Assembly (NCBI GenBank): GCA_018653085.1
Contig: JABIAY010000053.1
Span: 64,561-128,560 of the forward strand
Length of the DNA stretch: 64,000 nt
Direction of reading: 5' to 3'
Source of the DNA: Nitrospina sp.
GTDB lineage: Bacteria > Nitrospinota > Nitrospinia > Nitrospinales > VA-1
Under the pieces are notes generated by a model. That model was not told the DNA's origin. It saw nothing but the letters and a program-made list of their open reading frames with translations, and ran no database searches. The position numbers were made by a program, and so were the translations under genes. Shown in pieces: positions 1 through 10,973 of this stretch; position 1 is the first letter of the stretch, and the number at the start of each line of letters is the position of its first letter.

Positions 1-2
1 GA

Positions 3-215
3 AGGCTGGAGCTTTTTCGTAAAGGGCTGGATGATAGACTGCGGCAGGAACTGGCGGCGGTATTATTGAGTGCCCACGAAAACCCGGAGGGTCAAAAGGC
101 TCTTTTGGCCTATGACTCGACAAACCGCTTTGAGAAATTGACCCCCGCAATCTGGAAAAACCTGGAACAGGCAAAAGATCTTTTGAGATTCATTGGTCCG
201 GAGCTGGGGAACTGA
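3..215 (+). CDS. C-terminal fragment of a gene cut by the window edge (possibly a periplasmic solute-binding protein)
   Basis: Frame 3 is open from the window edge to TGA 213-215 and translates ...SAHENPEGQKALLAYDSTNRFEKLTPAIWKNLEQAKDLLRFIGPELGN*. It is absent from the ORF track because its start lies outside the window. The family guess rests only on resemblance of the tail. Confidence 0.3.
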   Translation, partial: RLELFRKGLDDRLRQELAAVLLSAHENPEGQKALLAYDSTNRFEKLTPAIWKNLEQAKDLLRFIGPELGN

Positions 216-222
216 AACGCTT

Positions 223-2142
223 GTGAAACTAAAGCTTAAGACAAAATATTCTCTGGTGATTCTGGGGCTGGTTCTCTCCCTGGCGTTATTAATGGGAACG
301 AATATGTATTTCCAGTCCCGCTCGACCTTGGCCGGGGTTATTGCATCCGGGACCAGCGCGATGGAAAAGCAATTGCTCAGCCAGCTAAAAGTTCGCGCGC
401 GCTTATTTGCGGTGTACCTGGCAAGTAATCTGGTCAACGCCCTTTATTTTTTGGACCTGGAGTCCATTCAATTTACGCTGGCTCCTGCCATGGAGCAGGA
501 AGACATCAGTCATATTATCGTGTTTGATGCCCAGGGAAGAATTGTTCATGACAGCTGGGGGGAAAATCGAGTTCATGAGAAAGCCTTGCATGACCTTGTT
601 GTCCGGGGTTCTTTTTCAGAGCAGTCCGTGAAAATGATAAGAGAGGGCGAAAGTTTTAAAATCGTTGCGCCTATAAAGTTGGAGGATGAATATCTGGGCG
701 GACTGGTGATGAGTTACTCCTTAGCTGGATTAACCCGTCAGACCAAGGAGATGAGATTAAAACTTCGCGATGTGGAAGAGCAGGGTTTTCAAAAAAATCT
801 GTTTTCATTTCTGATTCTGGTGTCGGCATTTTCATTGTTAGCGGTTATCGCCGCGATTCGGGTGGCCGGAGGATTGGCCCACCCCATCACTCAGCTTTCT
901 CAATGGGCAAAGAAAATAGGCCGGAGGGAGAAGGGTGTAAATATTTCCATTGACCGGACGGATGAAATAGGAGAACTGGCTGAATCGTTCAGGAAAATGC
1001 ACGAGGACCTCGAGCAGACAACCGTCTCGAAATCTCATGTGGACGATATCATCCGCTATATGCAAAACTCATTGATCGTGGTTAGCCCGGAGGGGAATAT
1101 AGAAATGTTCAATTGGGCCACCCTGGATTTACTGGGTCACAGGGAAGACGAGTTGACAGGGGGCCATGCCAGAATAATATTTCATGACGCAGATACATTT
1201 GAACAGGTGATTATGAAGAAGCTGGACCAGCAGGGGAAATTGCTCAACCTGGAGCAGGCTTATCGACACGCTGACGGGAGGTCAATTCCGGTCTTGTTTT
1301 CGGGTTCCAGTTTGCGCAATGTGGATAATGAAATTGAGGGGTACGTATTTGTGGCGACTGACCTGACGGAAAGAATCCGCGCGGAACAAAAGCTCAATCA
1401 ATATGCCAAGGAGTTGGAACGCAGTAATAAGGAGCTTGAAGATTTTGCTTTCATCGCCTCACACGACTTGCAGGAACCGATAAGAAAGATTGCGGTTTTT
1501 GGTGAACGTCTGAAGGAAAGTTCTGCAAATAAACTGGAAGAAAAAGAACTGTCTTATCTGGGTCGAATGGAATCTGCCGCACTTCGTATGCAGGTGTTCA
1601 TTGAGGATTTGCTATGCTATGCCCGAGTCACAACCAAGGCCAGAGCTTTTCAAAAAATAGATTTATCCAGGGTTGTCAATGAGGTTATCTCGGTTTTTGA
1701 ACTGAAGTTGGAGCATTTAAATGCGGTGGTGGACGTTGGCGACCTTCCTTCCCTGGAAGCGGATCGCACTCAAATGCATCAGTTGTTCCAAAACCTTTTT
1801 TCCAACGCCCTTAAATTTCGCAGGCAAGAGGAAACGCTAAACATAAAAATAAGCTCAAAAAAACTGGAGAATGGGCAATTTGAAATTCATGTGAAAGACA
1901 ATGGAATCGGGTTTGATGAAAAATATCTTGATAAAATTTTCAAACCCTTTGAAAGACTGCATGGACGCAGTGCTTATGAGGGAAGCGGAATGGGTCTCGC
2001 CCTTTGCCGTAAAATTGCCCAGTGGCATGGTGGAAGCCTCTTGGCCAAAAGCCGTGAAGGACAGGGGGCTGTTTTCATTGTGACTTTACCGGAATATTTT
2101 CCGGGTCATGAAGACAATGCAGACTCAGACTTGAACCGTTAA
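223..2142 (+). CDS. Membrane sensor histidine kinase (periplasmic sensor, HAMP, PAS, HisKA, HATPase_c)
   Basis: ORF 193-2142. Two TM segments (YSLVILGLVLSLALLMG; LFSFLILVSAFSLLAVIAAI) precede a HAMP-like linker and a PAS-like region. H-box FIASHDLQEPIRKI, N-box QLFQNLFSNALKF, G1 DNGIGF, G2 GSGMGLALCRKI. Start moved to the in-frame GTG at 223 because the upstream frame ends at 215; TTG 193 remains possible. Confidence 0.85.
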   Translation: MKLKLKTKYSLVILGLVLSLALLMGTNMYFQSRSTLAGVIASGTSAMEKQLLSQLKVRARLFAVYLASNLVNALYFLDLESIQFTLAPAMEQEDISHIIVFDAQGRIVHDSWGENRVHEKALHDLVVRGSFSEQSVKMIREGESFKIVAPIKLEDEYLGGLVMSYSLAGLTRQTKEMRLKLRDVEEQGFQKNLFSFLILVSAFSLLAVIAAIRVAGGLAHPITQLSQWAKKIGRREKGVNISIDRTDEIGELAESFRKMHEDLEQTTVSKSHVDDIIRYMQNSLIVVSPEGNIEMFNWATLDLLGHREDELTGGHARIIFHDADTFEQVIMKKLDQQGKLLNLEQAYRHADGRSIPVLFSGSSLRNVDNEIEGYVFVATDLTERIRAEQKLNQYAKELERSNKELEDFAFIASHDLQEPIRKIAVFGERLKESSANKLEEKELSYLGRMESAALRMQVFIEDLLCYARVTTKARAFQKIDLSRVVNEVISVFELKLEHLNAVVDVGDLPSLEADRTQMHQLFQNLFSNALKFRRQEETLNIKISSKKLENGQFEIHVKDNGIGFDEKYLDKIFKPFERLHGRSAYEGSGMGLALCRKIAQWHGGSLLAKSREGQGAVFIVTLPEYFPGHEDNADSDLNR

Positions 2143-2150
2143 TTTATGGA

Positions 2151-5100
2151 ATGAAAATGAAATTTGATGAAATCTTAGGAACCCAGACTCTTATCCTGGA
2201 TGGCGCCATGGGAACCATGGTGCAAAACCTGGCGTTGGATGACTCTGCTTTCGGCGGTCCCGCGTTTAAAATGCTGACCGACCTCTTGATCTTTTCCCGT
2301 CCGGATGATCTGGAAGGGATCCACCTGAAATATTTGCAGGCAGGGGCCAACCTGATCGAGACCAACACTTTCGGGGCTTCTCCTCTGCGTTTGGCCGAAT
2401 TCGATTTTAAGGATATTGATCTAACCGATATCAAGGCCATTCCGCCAGAGTTAAACTTAAAAGAGTCGGATTATTCTGCCATCACCTGGCACTTGAATGT
2501 TGAAGGGTGCCGAATTGCCAGAAGAGCGATAGATAAGTATAAAGCTTCGCCGGACTACGATGGGCGGCCTTTGTTTGTTGCTGGTTCCATCGGGCCTTCC
2601 AACTATGTCCTTTCCAAGACCGAGGCCGATCTCAAAAAGGCAATCTGGTCGCAAATTGTTGATAACAACAAACAGCAGGTACTGGGTTTGATCGAAGGCG
2701 GTGCCGACGTTCTCTTATTTGAAACGCAACAGGATATTCTGGAGCTAAAAGCCTCGTTAATTGGGGCCCAACGGGCATTTGAGCAGACGGGAAAGAAGGT
2801 CCCCATTATTGCTCAGGTCACGGTGGATAATTTTTCCAAAATGCAGATTTTCAATACCGATATTCATTCTGCCTACGTTGCCGTGCAGGGCATGGGGATT
2901 TCTGCCTTTGGTATCAACTGCAATACTGGCCCTGAGCTCATGCAAAAAACGGTAGAAAAACTGAGTCGACTCTGCCACCACCCCATATCCATCATACCCA
3001 ATGCCGGGCAACCGGTTTCCGAGGATGGCAAGACCTGCTACAAGTTGCAACCGGAAGAGATGGCGGATTATGTCGAACGTTTCGTCAAAGAATTCGGTGT
3101 CGCCATTATTGGTGGTTGTTGCGGAACCACTCCGGACCATATTCGTGCTCTGTCAAACCGGTTGAAAGGTGTTGTACCAGAACGAACTTTACCGGCCAAC
3201 CAGGTTTATGTTTCTGGTCCGCAGGAAGCGGTGGCTCTGGACAGTTCCCAGGGCTTGATCCGCATCGGGGAAAGGCTGAACGTAAGGGGTAGTAAAAAAG
3301 TGCGTGAAGCGGTGGAGCGAGACGATGGCATCCAGATGACCACTTTGGAAGAAGTGGTGGAAGAGCAGGTCAAGGATTTGGGCATCGACATCATTGATGT
3401 TTGTATGGATAGCAATATCGTGGAAACCGAAGTGGTATTGCCCGAAACAATTTATGCATTGACCAGCGACTTTAAAGGCGTCATGTGCCTCGACTCCTTT
3501 TCGGTGGAGGCACTCGAGAGTGCCATCAAAACCTATCCGGGAAGACCGATTATCAATTCCATCAGCCTGGAAGAATATAAGGATGGAGTGAGCAAGCTGG
3601 ACGCGGTCCTGTCTCAAACTGCGGAACATTGTCCCCTCTACATCGCTTTGGTGAACGGGCCGGAAGGGCCGGGCCAGACTGCAGATGAAAAATATGAGTT
3701 GGCCGCAGAAATTGTTAAACAGGCTGGGGAAAAATTTAACGTGACACCCGACCAGATTATTATTGATGTCAATGCTTACCCCATCGGGTCGGAGTCGGTG
3801 GAAGGTCTTAACTTTTGCGCCGAGACTTTAGAATGCCTGCCTCGCATCAAAGCGATTCACCCGGATCTAAAAACCAGTATTGGCGTAGGCAACCTGACCA
3901 ATGGGCTTTCAGCCAAGCCATATATGCGAAAGGTGCTGACCAGTGTTTTTCTGGACGAGGGGAGAAAGGCTGGGCTGGACTGCGCCATTTTGAATCCGCA
4001 CCATTATGTTCCGCTTGAGAGTCTGCCGGAAAATGATGTAGCCCTGGCTTTAAAGGTCATTCTGGATCGCGACTTGAATGCCTTTGAGGAACTCGAAGAG
4101 ATTGCGTTGACCAAAAAAACCGGGGTGAAGGTCAAAAAAGTCGAGTATCAGGATCTTGCTCTGGAAGAAAGTATTTGTCAGCGCATCAAGGACGGTTTCA
4201 AACAAAAAGAAGAAGGAAATATTGAGAAAGAAGGCGGTGTTTTTCCATACAGAGACCGCATTGTGGTGGATGTTGCCAAAGCCATTGAAACCCATACGCC
4301 ATTGGATTTTATAAGCGGCCACCTCATGATAGCCATGCGCGAGTTGGGAGATGCTTTTGGTCGGGGAGAAGTGAGCCTGCCGCATCTTTTAAAAAGTGCC
4401 GATGTCATGCGTCATGTGATGGTGTTTCTCGAAAGTTTCATGCGTTTTCAGAGCGGTGTCGAACCCGGTGCTGAGATTGACTATAAAGGGGTGGTGGTGA
4501 TTGGCACCGTTTATCAGGATGTGCATAGCATCGGCAAGGACCTGGCGAAAACCCTGCTGGAAAACTATGGCTACCGGGTGATTGATCTTGGGGTCCAGGT
4601 TCCGCTGGATAAGTTTATTGACACAGCCGAGCAGGAAAATGCCGACGCCATCGGCATGAGTGCCTTGCTGGTGCAAACCTCCAATCATATGATAACGGTT
4701 GCTGATATGTTGACCGAGCGGAAATATGCCATTCCCATTCTTATTGGCGGGGCTCCCGTTAACTCTCGCCATGCCGGGTATGTAGCGATGCATGGCGGCG
4801 AAGACACGGCATCGATCATGGACAATGTTTTTTACTGCAAAAGCGGAATGGATGGCGTCAACATCATGGGTCAGTTGATGGACTCTGCAAAGCGACCTGT
4901 TTTCCTGCAAGAAAACCGCGAACAGCTTTTACGCGAATACCAGCGGGCAAAAGGAATTCAGGCAGAAAAAGACAAACTTTTAGAGACTCTACCGCGAAGA
5001 AAAATTTCTTTCAGGCACCATGAAGTCCCTGCAGACGGATATGGACTTCACAAGGTCGAGTTCAAACTACACAAGCTTGCAGGAAGCATGGATAGGAAAA

Positions 5101-5774
5101 GTTTGTATTCGCTAAACTGGAAGTTCGGTAAAAAATCATCCTGGGCTCCAAAGGGTGTGACTCTGCAACAACTTCAGGCATTGGAAAAAACCTGGATAGA
5201 AAAAGCGGAACAGAACGGATGGATCATTCCTAAGGCCCGGTTTGGGCTTTTCCCGGCGCAATCGGATGGCGATGAGGTCATTATTTATGATACGCAGGAT
5301 CAGGAAAAAGAATTAGCGCGAATCCGATTCGATGTCTGCATCGGCAAGGGAAGAAAAGATGTCTTTTCTGTAGGGCAGTATTTCCATCCTAAAGCTTCTG
5401 GGCAATGGGATGCGATCGGATTACAAATATCCACTGCCGGAGACCAGGCCGAAGTGGGTGTCGAGGGGTTCAAGGCGCAGAACGACAGCGAGTCGGCGTT
5501 ATACCTGCAAGGGTTGAGTGACCGGGTGGCTGAGGACCTTGCGGGATACATCCATCAACTGCTTCGTCACGGGGTAGGGGCAAAAAAAGATTATCGGGGC
5601 CAGCGTTACAGTCCGGGTTACCCGGCAATAACGGACCTGTCTTATAATCGCGTTATATGGGAACTTCTCGGAGCAGAGGATCTTGGCGTGACCCTGACAT
5701 CGGCAAATGAGTTTTACCCTCCCAGCACGACTGCGGCAGTGGTCTGCTTCCATAAGGATGCTGGTTACAGTTGA
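2151..5774 (+). CDS. metH: Cobalamin-dependent methionine synthase
   Basis: 1207 aa with the full MetH domain order: Hcy-binding domain ending in the zinc motif IIGGCCGTTPDHI, pterin-binding domain, B12-binding domain with DxHxxG (QDVHSIG), and C-terminal AdoMet-activation domain (RYSPGYPA). Confidence 0.95.
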   Translation: MKMKFDEILGTQTLILDGAMGTMVQNLALDDSAFGGPAFKMLTDLLIFSRPDDLEGIHLKYLQAGANLIETNTFGASPLRLAEFDFKDIDLTDIKAIPPELNLKESDYSAITWHLNVEGCRIARRAIDKYKASPDYDGRPLFVAGSIGPSNYVLSKTEADLKKAIWSQIVDNNKQQVLGLIEGGADVLLFETQQDILELKASLIGAQRAFEQTGKKVPIIAQVTVDNFSKMQIFNTDIHSAYVAVQGMGISAFGINCNTGPELMQKTVEKLSRLCHHPISIIPNAGQPVSEDGKTCYKLQPEEMADYVERFVKEFGVAIIGGCCGTTPDHIRALSNRLKGVVPERTLPANQVYVSGPQEAVALDSSQGLIRIGERLNVRGSKKVREAVERDDGIQMTTLEEVVEEQVKDLGIDIIDVCMDSNIVETEVVLPETIYALTSDFKGVMCLDSFSVEALESAIKTYPGRPIINSISLEEYKDGVSKLDAVLSQTAEHCPLYIALVNGPEGPGQTADEKYELAAEIVKQAGEKFNVTPDQIIIDVNAYPIGSESVEGLNFCAETLECLPRIKAIHPDLKTSIGVGNLTNGLSAKPYMRKVLTSVFLDEGRKAGLDCAILNPHHYVPLESLPENDVALALKVILDRDLNAFEELEEIALTKKTGVKVKKVEYQDLALEESICQRIKDGFKQKEEGNIEKEGGVFPYRDRIVVDVAKAIETHTPLDFISGHLMIAMRELGDAFGRGEVSLPHLLKSADVMRHVMVFLESFMRFQSGVEPGAEIDYKGVVVIGTVYQDVHSIGKDLAKTLLENYGYRVIDLGVQVPLDKFIDTAEQENADAIGMSALLVQTSNHMITVADMLTERKYAIPILIGGAPVNSRHAGYVAMHGGEDTASIMDNVFYCKSGMDGVNIMGQLMDSAKRPVFLQENREQLLREYQRAKGIQAEKDKLLETLPRRKISFRHHEVPADGYGLHKVEFKLHKLAGSMDRKSLYSLNWKFGKKSSWAPKGVTLQQLQALEKTWIEKAEQNGWIIPKARFGLFPAQSDGDEVIIYDTQDQEKELARIRFDVCIGKGRKDVFSVGQYFHPKASGQWDAIGLQISTAGDQAEVGVEGFKAQNDSESALYLQGLSDRVAEDLAGYIHQLLRHGVGAKKDYRGQRYSPGYPAITDLSYNRVIWELLGAEDLGVTLTSANEFYPPSTTAAVVCFHKDAGYS

Positions 5775-6094
5775 TCTACGTTTTCGGATAGGGAGTGGGC
5801 ATTTTTAACTCAATTCAGGTTTTAAGTCTTTTCGATTTTTGGCCGATAAAGGACCATATGCCGAGGCCCGGATTTACTGGTTTGGCGGATTGCAGGGTGA
5901 CAGTATAACCCTATGAAATATAAGGCCTTGGTGCCTGAAGGCCGAGGGAAAATTAATCCTTCCTATAGTTGGTAGCATTTGTTAAGATAATTGAGAAGTT
6001 TACCCGATTACAAAACAGGGATATAGCCCCACAGCTTTTACTTGTTGGGCCCCTTATCAGATTATAAATCCGCTATTTTGAGGCAATTTGGATC

Positions 6095-8524
6095 ATGTTT
6101 AAACGATTCACCGAAAGAGCGCGCAGAGTCATCATCCTTGCTCGCGAGGAAGCTGAACTTTACCGCCATGAATATTTAGGTACAGAACATATTTTGCAAG
6201 GCGTCATTAAGGATGGCGGGGGCATAGCTATTGCCATAGTTCAAAAAAGTGGCGTAGATATGGCTCAGTTGAAAAAGGAACTGGAAAAAAATCTGCCTCG
6301 CAGTTCAAACTCTTTGATCATCGGAGATATTCCTTTTACCTCCCGTGCCAAGAAAGTTTTGGAGTTTGCGGTGGAGGAGGCCCGGTCTCTCAATCATAAT
6401 TATATTGGTACCGAGCATCTTCTCTTGGGTCTTTTGAAAGAGAAGGAAGGAGTCGCCTGCCGTGTTCTGAACAGTTTCGGCATGTTCTTTGACGATGTCC
6501 GGGAAAAAATTGTTGATATGTTCAAAGAGCCTACCGAGAGCAACCGCGAGGTGGGCAAGACCCCGACTCTGGATGAGTTCAGTCGTGACTTGACCAAAAT
6601 GGCCTTGGACGGAAAGCTGGACCCGATCATTGGTCGGGCCAAGGAAATCGAGCGGGTGATCCAGATTCTCAGTCGCCGTACGAAAAATAATCCGGTATTG
6701 ATTGGCGAACCCGGTGTCGGTAAGACCGCGATCGTTGAAGGTCTGGCCCAGCTTATTATAGAACGGGAAGTGCCGGATACGCTTTTTGAGAAACGTGTGG
6801 TTTCGCTTGATTTGGGTTCCCTGATTGCGGGCACCAAGTATCGCGGTCAGTTTGAGGCTCGTCTCAAAGGCATCATGAAGGAAATCGTTCAGAATGACAG
6901 CGTCATTCTGTTCATTGACGAGTTGCATACTCTGGTGGGAGCGGGAGCCGCCGAAGGTTCGGTGGATGCATCCAATATGCTCAAACCGGCTTTGTCCCGA
7001 GGCGAGATCCAATGCATCGGCGCGACCACTCTGGAAGAATACCGAAAATACATTGAGAAAAACGGCGCACTGGAAAGGCGTTTTCAGCCCATCATTGTGA
7101 ATCCGCCGACGGTGGATGAGACTGTTGAAATTATCAAAGGACTTAAGGTTCCCTATGAACTGCATCACAAGGTCAAGATCTCCGATGAATCGATTGTTAC
7201 TGCTGTGCGGTTTGCGGAACGATACATCAGCGACCGGTTCCTCCCCGATAAGGCTATTGATGTAATTGATGAGGCGGGGTCCAGGGTGCGTCTGCGTGAG
7301 ATCACCCAGTCTCCAGAAATGAAAAAAATTCAGCGCGATATAGATATTGTTGTTCGCGACAAAAAAACCTGTATCGAAAATCAGGAATTTGAAAAAGCTG
7401 TTGAGTTGCGCGATAAGGAAGAAGAGTTGCGCGATAGGCTGGAGACGGTGAAGGCAGACTGGGATAAAGGCCGTGATGCCAGTGAGCCCAGCATTACCGA
7501 AGATGATATTGCCGATGTTGTTTCCAGTATGACCGGAATTCCGCTTTCTCGAATTGAAGAGAAGGAAAGCGTGCGCTTGCTGAACATGGAGCAGGAGTTG
7601 GCTGGTAAAGTGGTAGGGCAGGAAGAAGCCATCAAAGTGCTTACCAAGGCGATCCGCCGGTCCCGCTCGGGTTTGAAAGATATGAAAAGACCTATTGGGA
7701 GCTTTCTCTTTCTCGGCCCAACCGGTGTGGGAAAAACCGAGTTGGCAAAGGTTCTGGCCGAATTTCTGTTTGGCAATGAGGACGCGCTCATCCGGCTTGA
7801 TATGTCGGAGTATATGGAAAAATTCAATGTGTCTCGTTTGACGGGTGCACCTCCGGGTTATGTCGGTTATGAGGAAGGCGGTCAGTTGACAGAAAAGGTA
7901 CGCCGTAAACCTTATTCGGTGGTCCTCTTTGACGAAATCGAAAAAGCCAACCCGGATATTTTCCATCTTCTTTTGCAGATCATGGACGATGGCCGCCTGA
8001 CCGATAGTTATGGCCGGGTAGTGGATTTCAAAAATACGGTGGTGATTCTAACATCCAACATCAGTTCTCGAATGCTTGAGAAGGGAACCAGTCTGGGATT
8101 CCACAACGGCGATGACGAGCTCAGCTATGACAAGATGCAAAAGGAATTGAAGCAGGACTTGAAAAAAACCTTCAATCCCGAGTTTCTCAACCGTTTGAGC
8201 GAAACGGTGGTCTTTCGTCCTTTGGAATTGGAAAATATTGTCAGTATTCTCGATGTTCAGTTGAATGTTCTCAACGAGCAATTGATTCAACAGGGGCTGA
8301 CTCTTGATGTGACTCCTGATGCAAAGAGATGGCTGGCGGAAAAAGGTTTTGATTCCAATTTTGGCGCCCGGCCATTGAAACGCGCGATTCAAAAACATTT
8401 GGAAGATATCTTGTCTGATGAAATGCTGAAAGGTCGTTTCACTAATGGAGGGCTCATTGAGGTGAGCTTGCAGGATGACACCCTGGTTTTTGTTGAAAAA
8501 ACGGGAGCCCTTAATGTTGGTTGA
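6095..8524 (+). CDS. clpC: Clp/Hsp100 ATPase, ClpC type
   Basis: 809 aa. Duplicated Clp_N repeats at the N-terminus, two AAA modules with Walker A GEPGVGKT and GPTGVGKT, and a UVR-like linker ([23 protein letters not shown]) typical of ClpC rather than ClpA or ClpB. Confidence 0.9.
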   Translation: MFKRFTERARRVIILAREEAELYRHEYLGTEHILQGVIKDGGGIAIAIVQKSGVDMAQLKKELEKNLPRSSNSLIIGDIPFTSRAKKVLEFAVEEARSLNHNYIGTEHLLLGLLKEKEGVACRVLNSFGMFFDDVREKIVDMFKEPTESNREVGKTPTLDEFSRDLTKMALDGKLDPIIGRAKEIERVIQILSRRTKNNPVLIGEPGVGKTAIVEGLAQLIIEREVPDTLFEKRVVSLDLGSLIAGTKYRGQFEARLKGIMKEIVQNDSVILFIDELHTLVGAGAAEGSVDASNMLKPALSRGEIQCIGATTLEEYRKYIEKNGALERRFQPIIVNPPTVDETVEIIKGLKVPYELHHKVKISDESIVTAVRFAERYISDRFLPDKAIDVIDEAGSRVRLREITQSPEMKKIQRDIDIVVRDKKTCIENQEFEKAVELRDKEEELRDRLETVKADWDKGRDASEPSITEDDIADVVSSMTGIPLSRIEEKESVRLLNMEQELAGKVVGQEEAIKVLTKAIRRSRSGLKDMKRPIGSFLFLGPTGVGKTELAKVLAEFLFGNEDALIRLDMSEYMEKFNVSRLTGAPPGYVGYEEGGQLTEKVRRKPYSVVLFDEIEKANPDIFHLLLQIMDDGRLTDSYGRVVDFKNTVVILTSNISSRMLEKGTSLGFHNGDDELSYDKMQKELKQDLKKTFNPEFLNRLSETVVFRPLELENIVSILDVQLNVLNEQLIQQGLTLDVTPDAKRWLAEKGFDSNFGARPLKRAIQKHLEDILSDEMLKGRFTNGGLIEVSLQDDTLVFVEKTGALNVG

Positions 8525-8573
8525 GAATTTTTTCTTCGCTTGAGCGGAGCGATGGTGATAAAAAATACATAAG

Positions 8574-8621
8574 GTATTAAGTTTCAGCAGGTTATACTGC
8601 TGGGGCTTAATACTTTTTTTT
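8574..8621 (+). terminator. Rho-independent terminator after clpC
   Basis: GTATTAAG(8574-8581)...CAGCAG gttata CTGCTG...CTTAATAC(8606-8613), followed directly by T8 (8614-8621). Confidence 0.8.
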
Positions 8622-8684
8622 GCCTGAAAACTCAGGCGCGGATTTTTCCCGATAACTCGTAGGATTTCAGGTAGTTCTGGCTAA

Positions 8685-10955
8685 ATGGTGAAAAAAGCCC
8701 ACATTTTTTTTGCGATCCTGATAGGCGTGATTCTCCTTGTCACGGCCCCTCTTTTGTCTGCTCAGGAAGGCGAAAACATCCAGTCTGTGAAGGTGGTAGG
8801 AAACAAGCGGATTGATGAATCAACCATTCTCTATTACATCAAATCCAAGCCTGGCACGTCGCTTTCCAAAAGACAGATCCGTGAAGATATCGAGCAAATA
8901 TATAGCCTGGGGCAATTCAAGGATATCCGTGTGGAGACACACAACACCCTGAAGGGCCTGGAAGTTGAATTTTATGTCGAAGAAATTTCGTCAGTCGGGG
9001 ATGTCGAAATCTCAGGCAATGATAAGGTTGATGCTAATGATATCCGGGAAAAAATTGGACTCAAGCGGGGAACGGCTTTCAATGAGCACCTGATCCAGGA
9101 GAGCAATGAGGAAATCCTTAAGCTGTATCGTGAAAAAGGATACTTTTTTGCCCAAACGAATATCGATACCCAACCCAATCAGGATAACCTGGTAAATATC
9201 ACGATCAGGATCAAAGAAGGGGAAAAGGTAAAAATTGAGAAGGTTCGTTTTTCCGGAAACAAGGCTATCCCGGATAAAGACCTCCGCGACCAGATGGAAA
9301 CAGAGGAAGAGACCTGGTATTCCTTTCTGGATGATTCAGGGGTGTATCAGAAAGATATCTTAAAGCTGGATTTGTTCCGCATAGAAGGGTACTACCACGA
9401 TCACGGCTATCTGAGGGTCAAGGTACTGGAACCTCGTATAGATATAAATCAAAAGGCCAGGGAAATTCATATTACCGTCCCGGTTGAAGAAGGCCCGCAG
9501 TTCCGCGTAAAGACCATGGAAATACAAGGAGATGCCGCAGTCTCCCAAGATGAAATTCAAAAAAGCATTCAGACCAAGGTCGGTGAAATCTATAACGTAT
9601 CCAGACTTCGCCAGGATATTTTGGCGATCACCGACTTGTACTCCCAAAAAGGTTATGCTTACGCCGATGCCAACCCGATTTCACAATTAAACGATGAAGA
9701 TCGCACCGTTGACTTGTCCGTTGAAATTGACAAGGGTAAAAAAGTCTATGTTGGCAATATTGAAATTCTTGGAAATATCAAAACACGGGACAATGTCATT
9801 CGTCGGGAATTTCGGCTGAAAGAAGGAGAAGTTTTTGACGGCTCCAAATTAAAACGAAGCAAACAACGGATCAACAATCTCAATTATTTTGAAGATGTCA
9901 AAATTGATACCCATAGAGGCCAGGACCCCGACCTCATCGACGTTCTCGCGACAGTGACAGAAAGGCCTACTGGATCGTTCTCAGTGGGTGTCGGTTTCAG
10001 TTCAATCGAGAATTTTATTTTTTCCACGTCTGTAACCCAGGATAACCTTTTTGGAAATGGGCAGAGGTTGAGCCTGAATGCCCATTTATCTTCCATCCGT
10101 ACGGACTTTAAAATAAACTTTACAGAGCCGAGACTCTTTGATTCCGAAATATCATTTGGGGTCGATGCATTTAACGAAGATCAGGATTATATCAGTTTTG
10201 ATGCCCAATCAACTGGCGGTGGTTTTCGCCTGGGTAAAAACCTTTCCGAGTATGATTCGATTAACTTTAAATACCGGTTGGCAAATGTAGAAACGTCAGG
10301 AGTAGATGCTTCTGATGAAACGGAGTTCTTTAAAAATGGGACCCGCCTGACCAGCAGAATCGCGCCAACGTATGTTTACGATTCCCGGGATAATTTTTTA
10401 AATCCTTCCTCAGGGTGGAGGCATGTGGTAGGATTTGAACTCGCAGGGCTGGGAGGCACTAAATTCACCAAGCATTTCTACGAAGTGACGTATTACCACC
10501 CTCTGGTAGGAAAGTTGGTGGCTGCGGCTCATGCCCGGATTAATTACGCGGATGGATATGGCAATGACAAACTGCCAGCCTTTGAAAGATTTTTCATGGG
10601 AGGGCCGACTTCATTGCGGGGTTTTAATATTGGGGATGTTGGACCAAAAAATGATGATGACGATCCTATAGGAGGCAACCAATCGCTTCTTTTTAATTTG
10701 GAAGTGCAGTATCCTTTTACCAAGTCTTTTCGTGGTTTTGTGTTTTATGACCGTGGGAATATTTATGGCGGGGGTTTTGACACCAGTACCACGTCCAACA
10801 CGTTTGACCTGGGAGAAATGCGAAGTAGCATTGGCGCGGGTATCCGTTTTATCAGTCCCTTTGGCCCACTGGGTTTTGCCTATGGCATCAAACTGGATAA
10901 AAAGTCCGGCGAAGAGGCGGCAGAATTTCATTTCTCGGCAGGAAGTGCATTTTAA
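8685..10955 (+). CDS. bamA: Outer membrane protein assembly factor BamA
   Basis: 756 aa. Signal peptide (ILLVTAPLLSAQE), repeated POTRA-like units (I..I.V.GN....), and a C-terminal beta-barrel with alternating hydrophobic pattern ending in aromatic ...FHFSAGSAF. Followed by skp as in canonical clusters. Confidence 0.92.
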   Translation: MVKKAHIFFAILIGVILLVTAPLLSAQEGENIQSVKVVGNKRIDESTILYYIKSKPGTSLSKRQIREDIEQIYSLGQFKDIRVETHNTLKGLEVEFYVEEISSVGDVEISGNDKVDANDIREKIGLKRGTAFNEHLIQESNEEILKLYREKGYFFAQTNIDTQPNQDNLVNITIRIKEGEKVKIEKVRFSGNKAIPDKDLRDQMETEEETWYSFLDDSGVYQKDILKLDLFRIEGYYHDHGYLRVKVLEPRIDINQKAREIHITVPVEEGPQFRVKTMEIQGDAAVSQDEIQKSIQTKVGEIYNVSRLRQDILAITDLYSQKGYAYADANPISQLNDEDRTVDLSVEIDKGKKVYVGNIEILGNIKTRDNVIRREFRLKEGEVFDGSKLKRSKQRINNLNYFEDVKIDTHRGQDPDLIDVLATVTERPTGSFSVGVGFSSIENFIFSTSVTQDNLFGNGQRLSLNAHLSSIRTDFKINFTEPRLFDSEISFGVDAFNEDQDYISFDAQSTGGGFRLGKNLSEYDSINFKYRLANVETSGVDASDETEFFKNGTRLTSRIAPTYVYDSRDNFLNPSSGWRHVVGFELAGLGGTKFTKHFYEVTYYHPLVGKLVAAAHARINYADGYGNDKLPAFERFFMGGPTSLRGFNIGDVGPKNDDDDPIGGNQSLLFNLEVQYPFTKSFRGFVFYDRGNIYGGGFDTSTTSNTFDLGEMRSSIGAGIRFISPFGPLGFAYGIKLDKKSGEEAAEFHFSAGSAF

Positions 10956-10973
10956 ATTTTTTTCAAAAGGATC

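Noticed and set aside
2143-2150. A cobalamin riboswitch or other leader upstream of metH.
   Set aside because: Only 8 nt separate the kinase stop from the metH start, which leaves no room for a structured leader.
5860-5905. A possible degenerate A-unit copy (GCCGAGGCCCGGATTTACTGGTTTGGCGGATTGCAGGGTG) upstream of clpC.
   Set aside because: The similarity to the repeat core is too weak to distinguish from chance by eye. It would need a profile search.
6036-6068. A sigma-70-like promoter (TTGTTG ... TATAAA) upstream of clpC.
   Set aside because: The spacing between the candidate -35 and -10 hexamers is 15 nt (or 19 nt with an alternative -35). Neither is convincing without transcription start data.
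6305-7966. A 553-aa ORF antisense to clpC. Similar long antisense ORFs occur at 17874-18653 (glnA), 20317-21036 (glnE), 40210-41016 (argC) and 60283-61044 (hexapeptide gene).
   Set aside because: In every case the antisense frame is codon-aligned with the sense gene; I checked that the coordinate differences are multiples of 3. Antisense stops can then arise only from sense TTA, CTA or TCA codons, which these genes avoid. The translations are low-complexity with no motifs. This is a codon-usage artefact, not overlapping genes.
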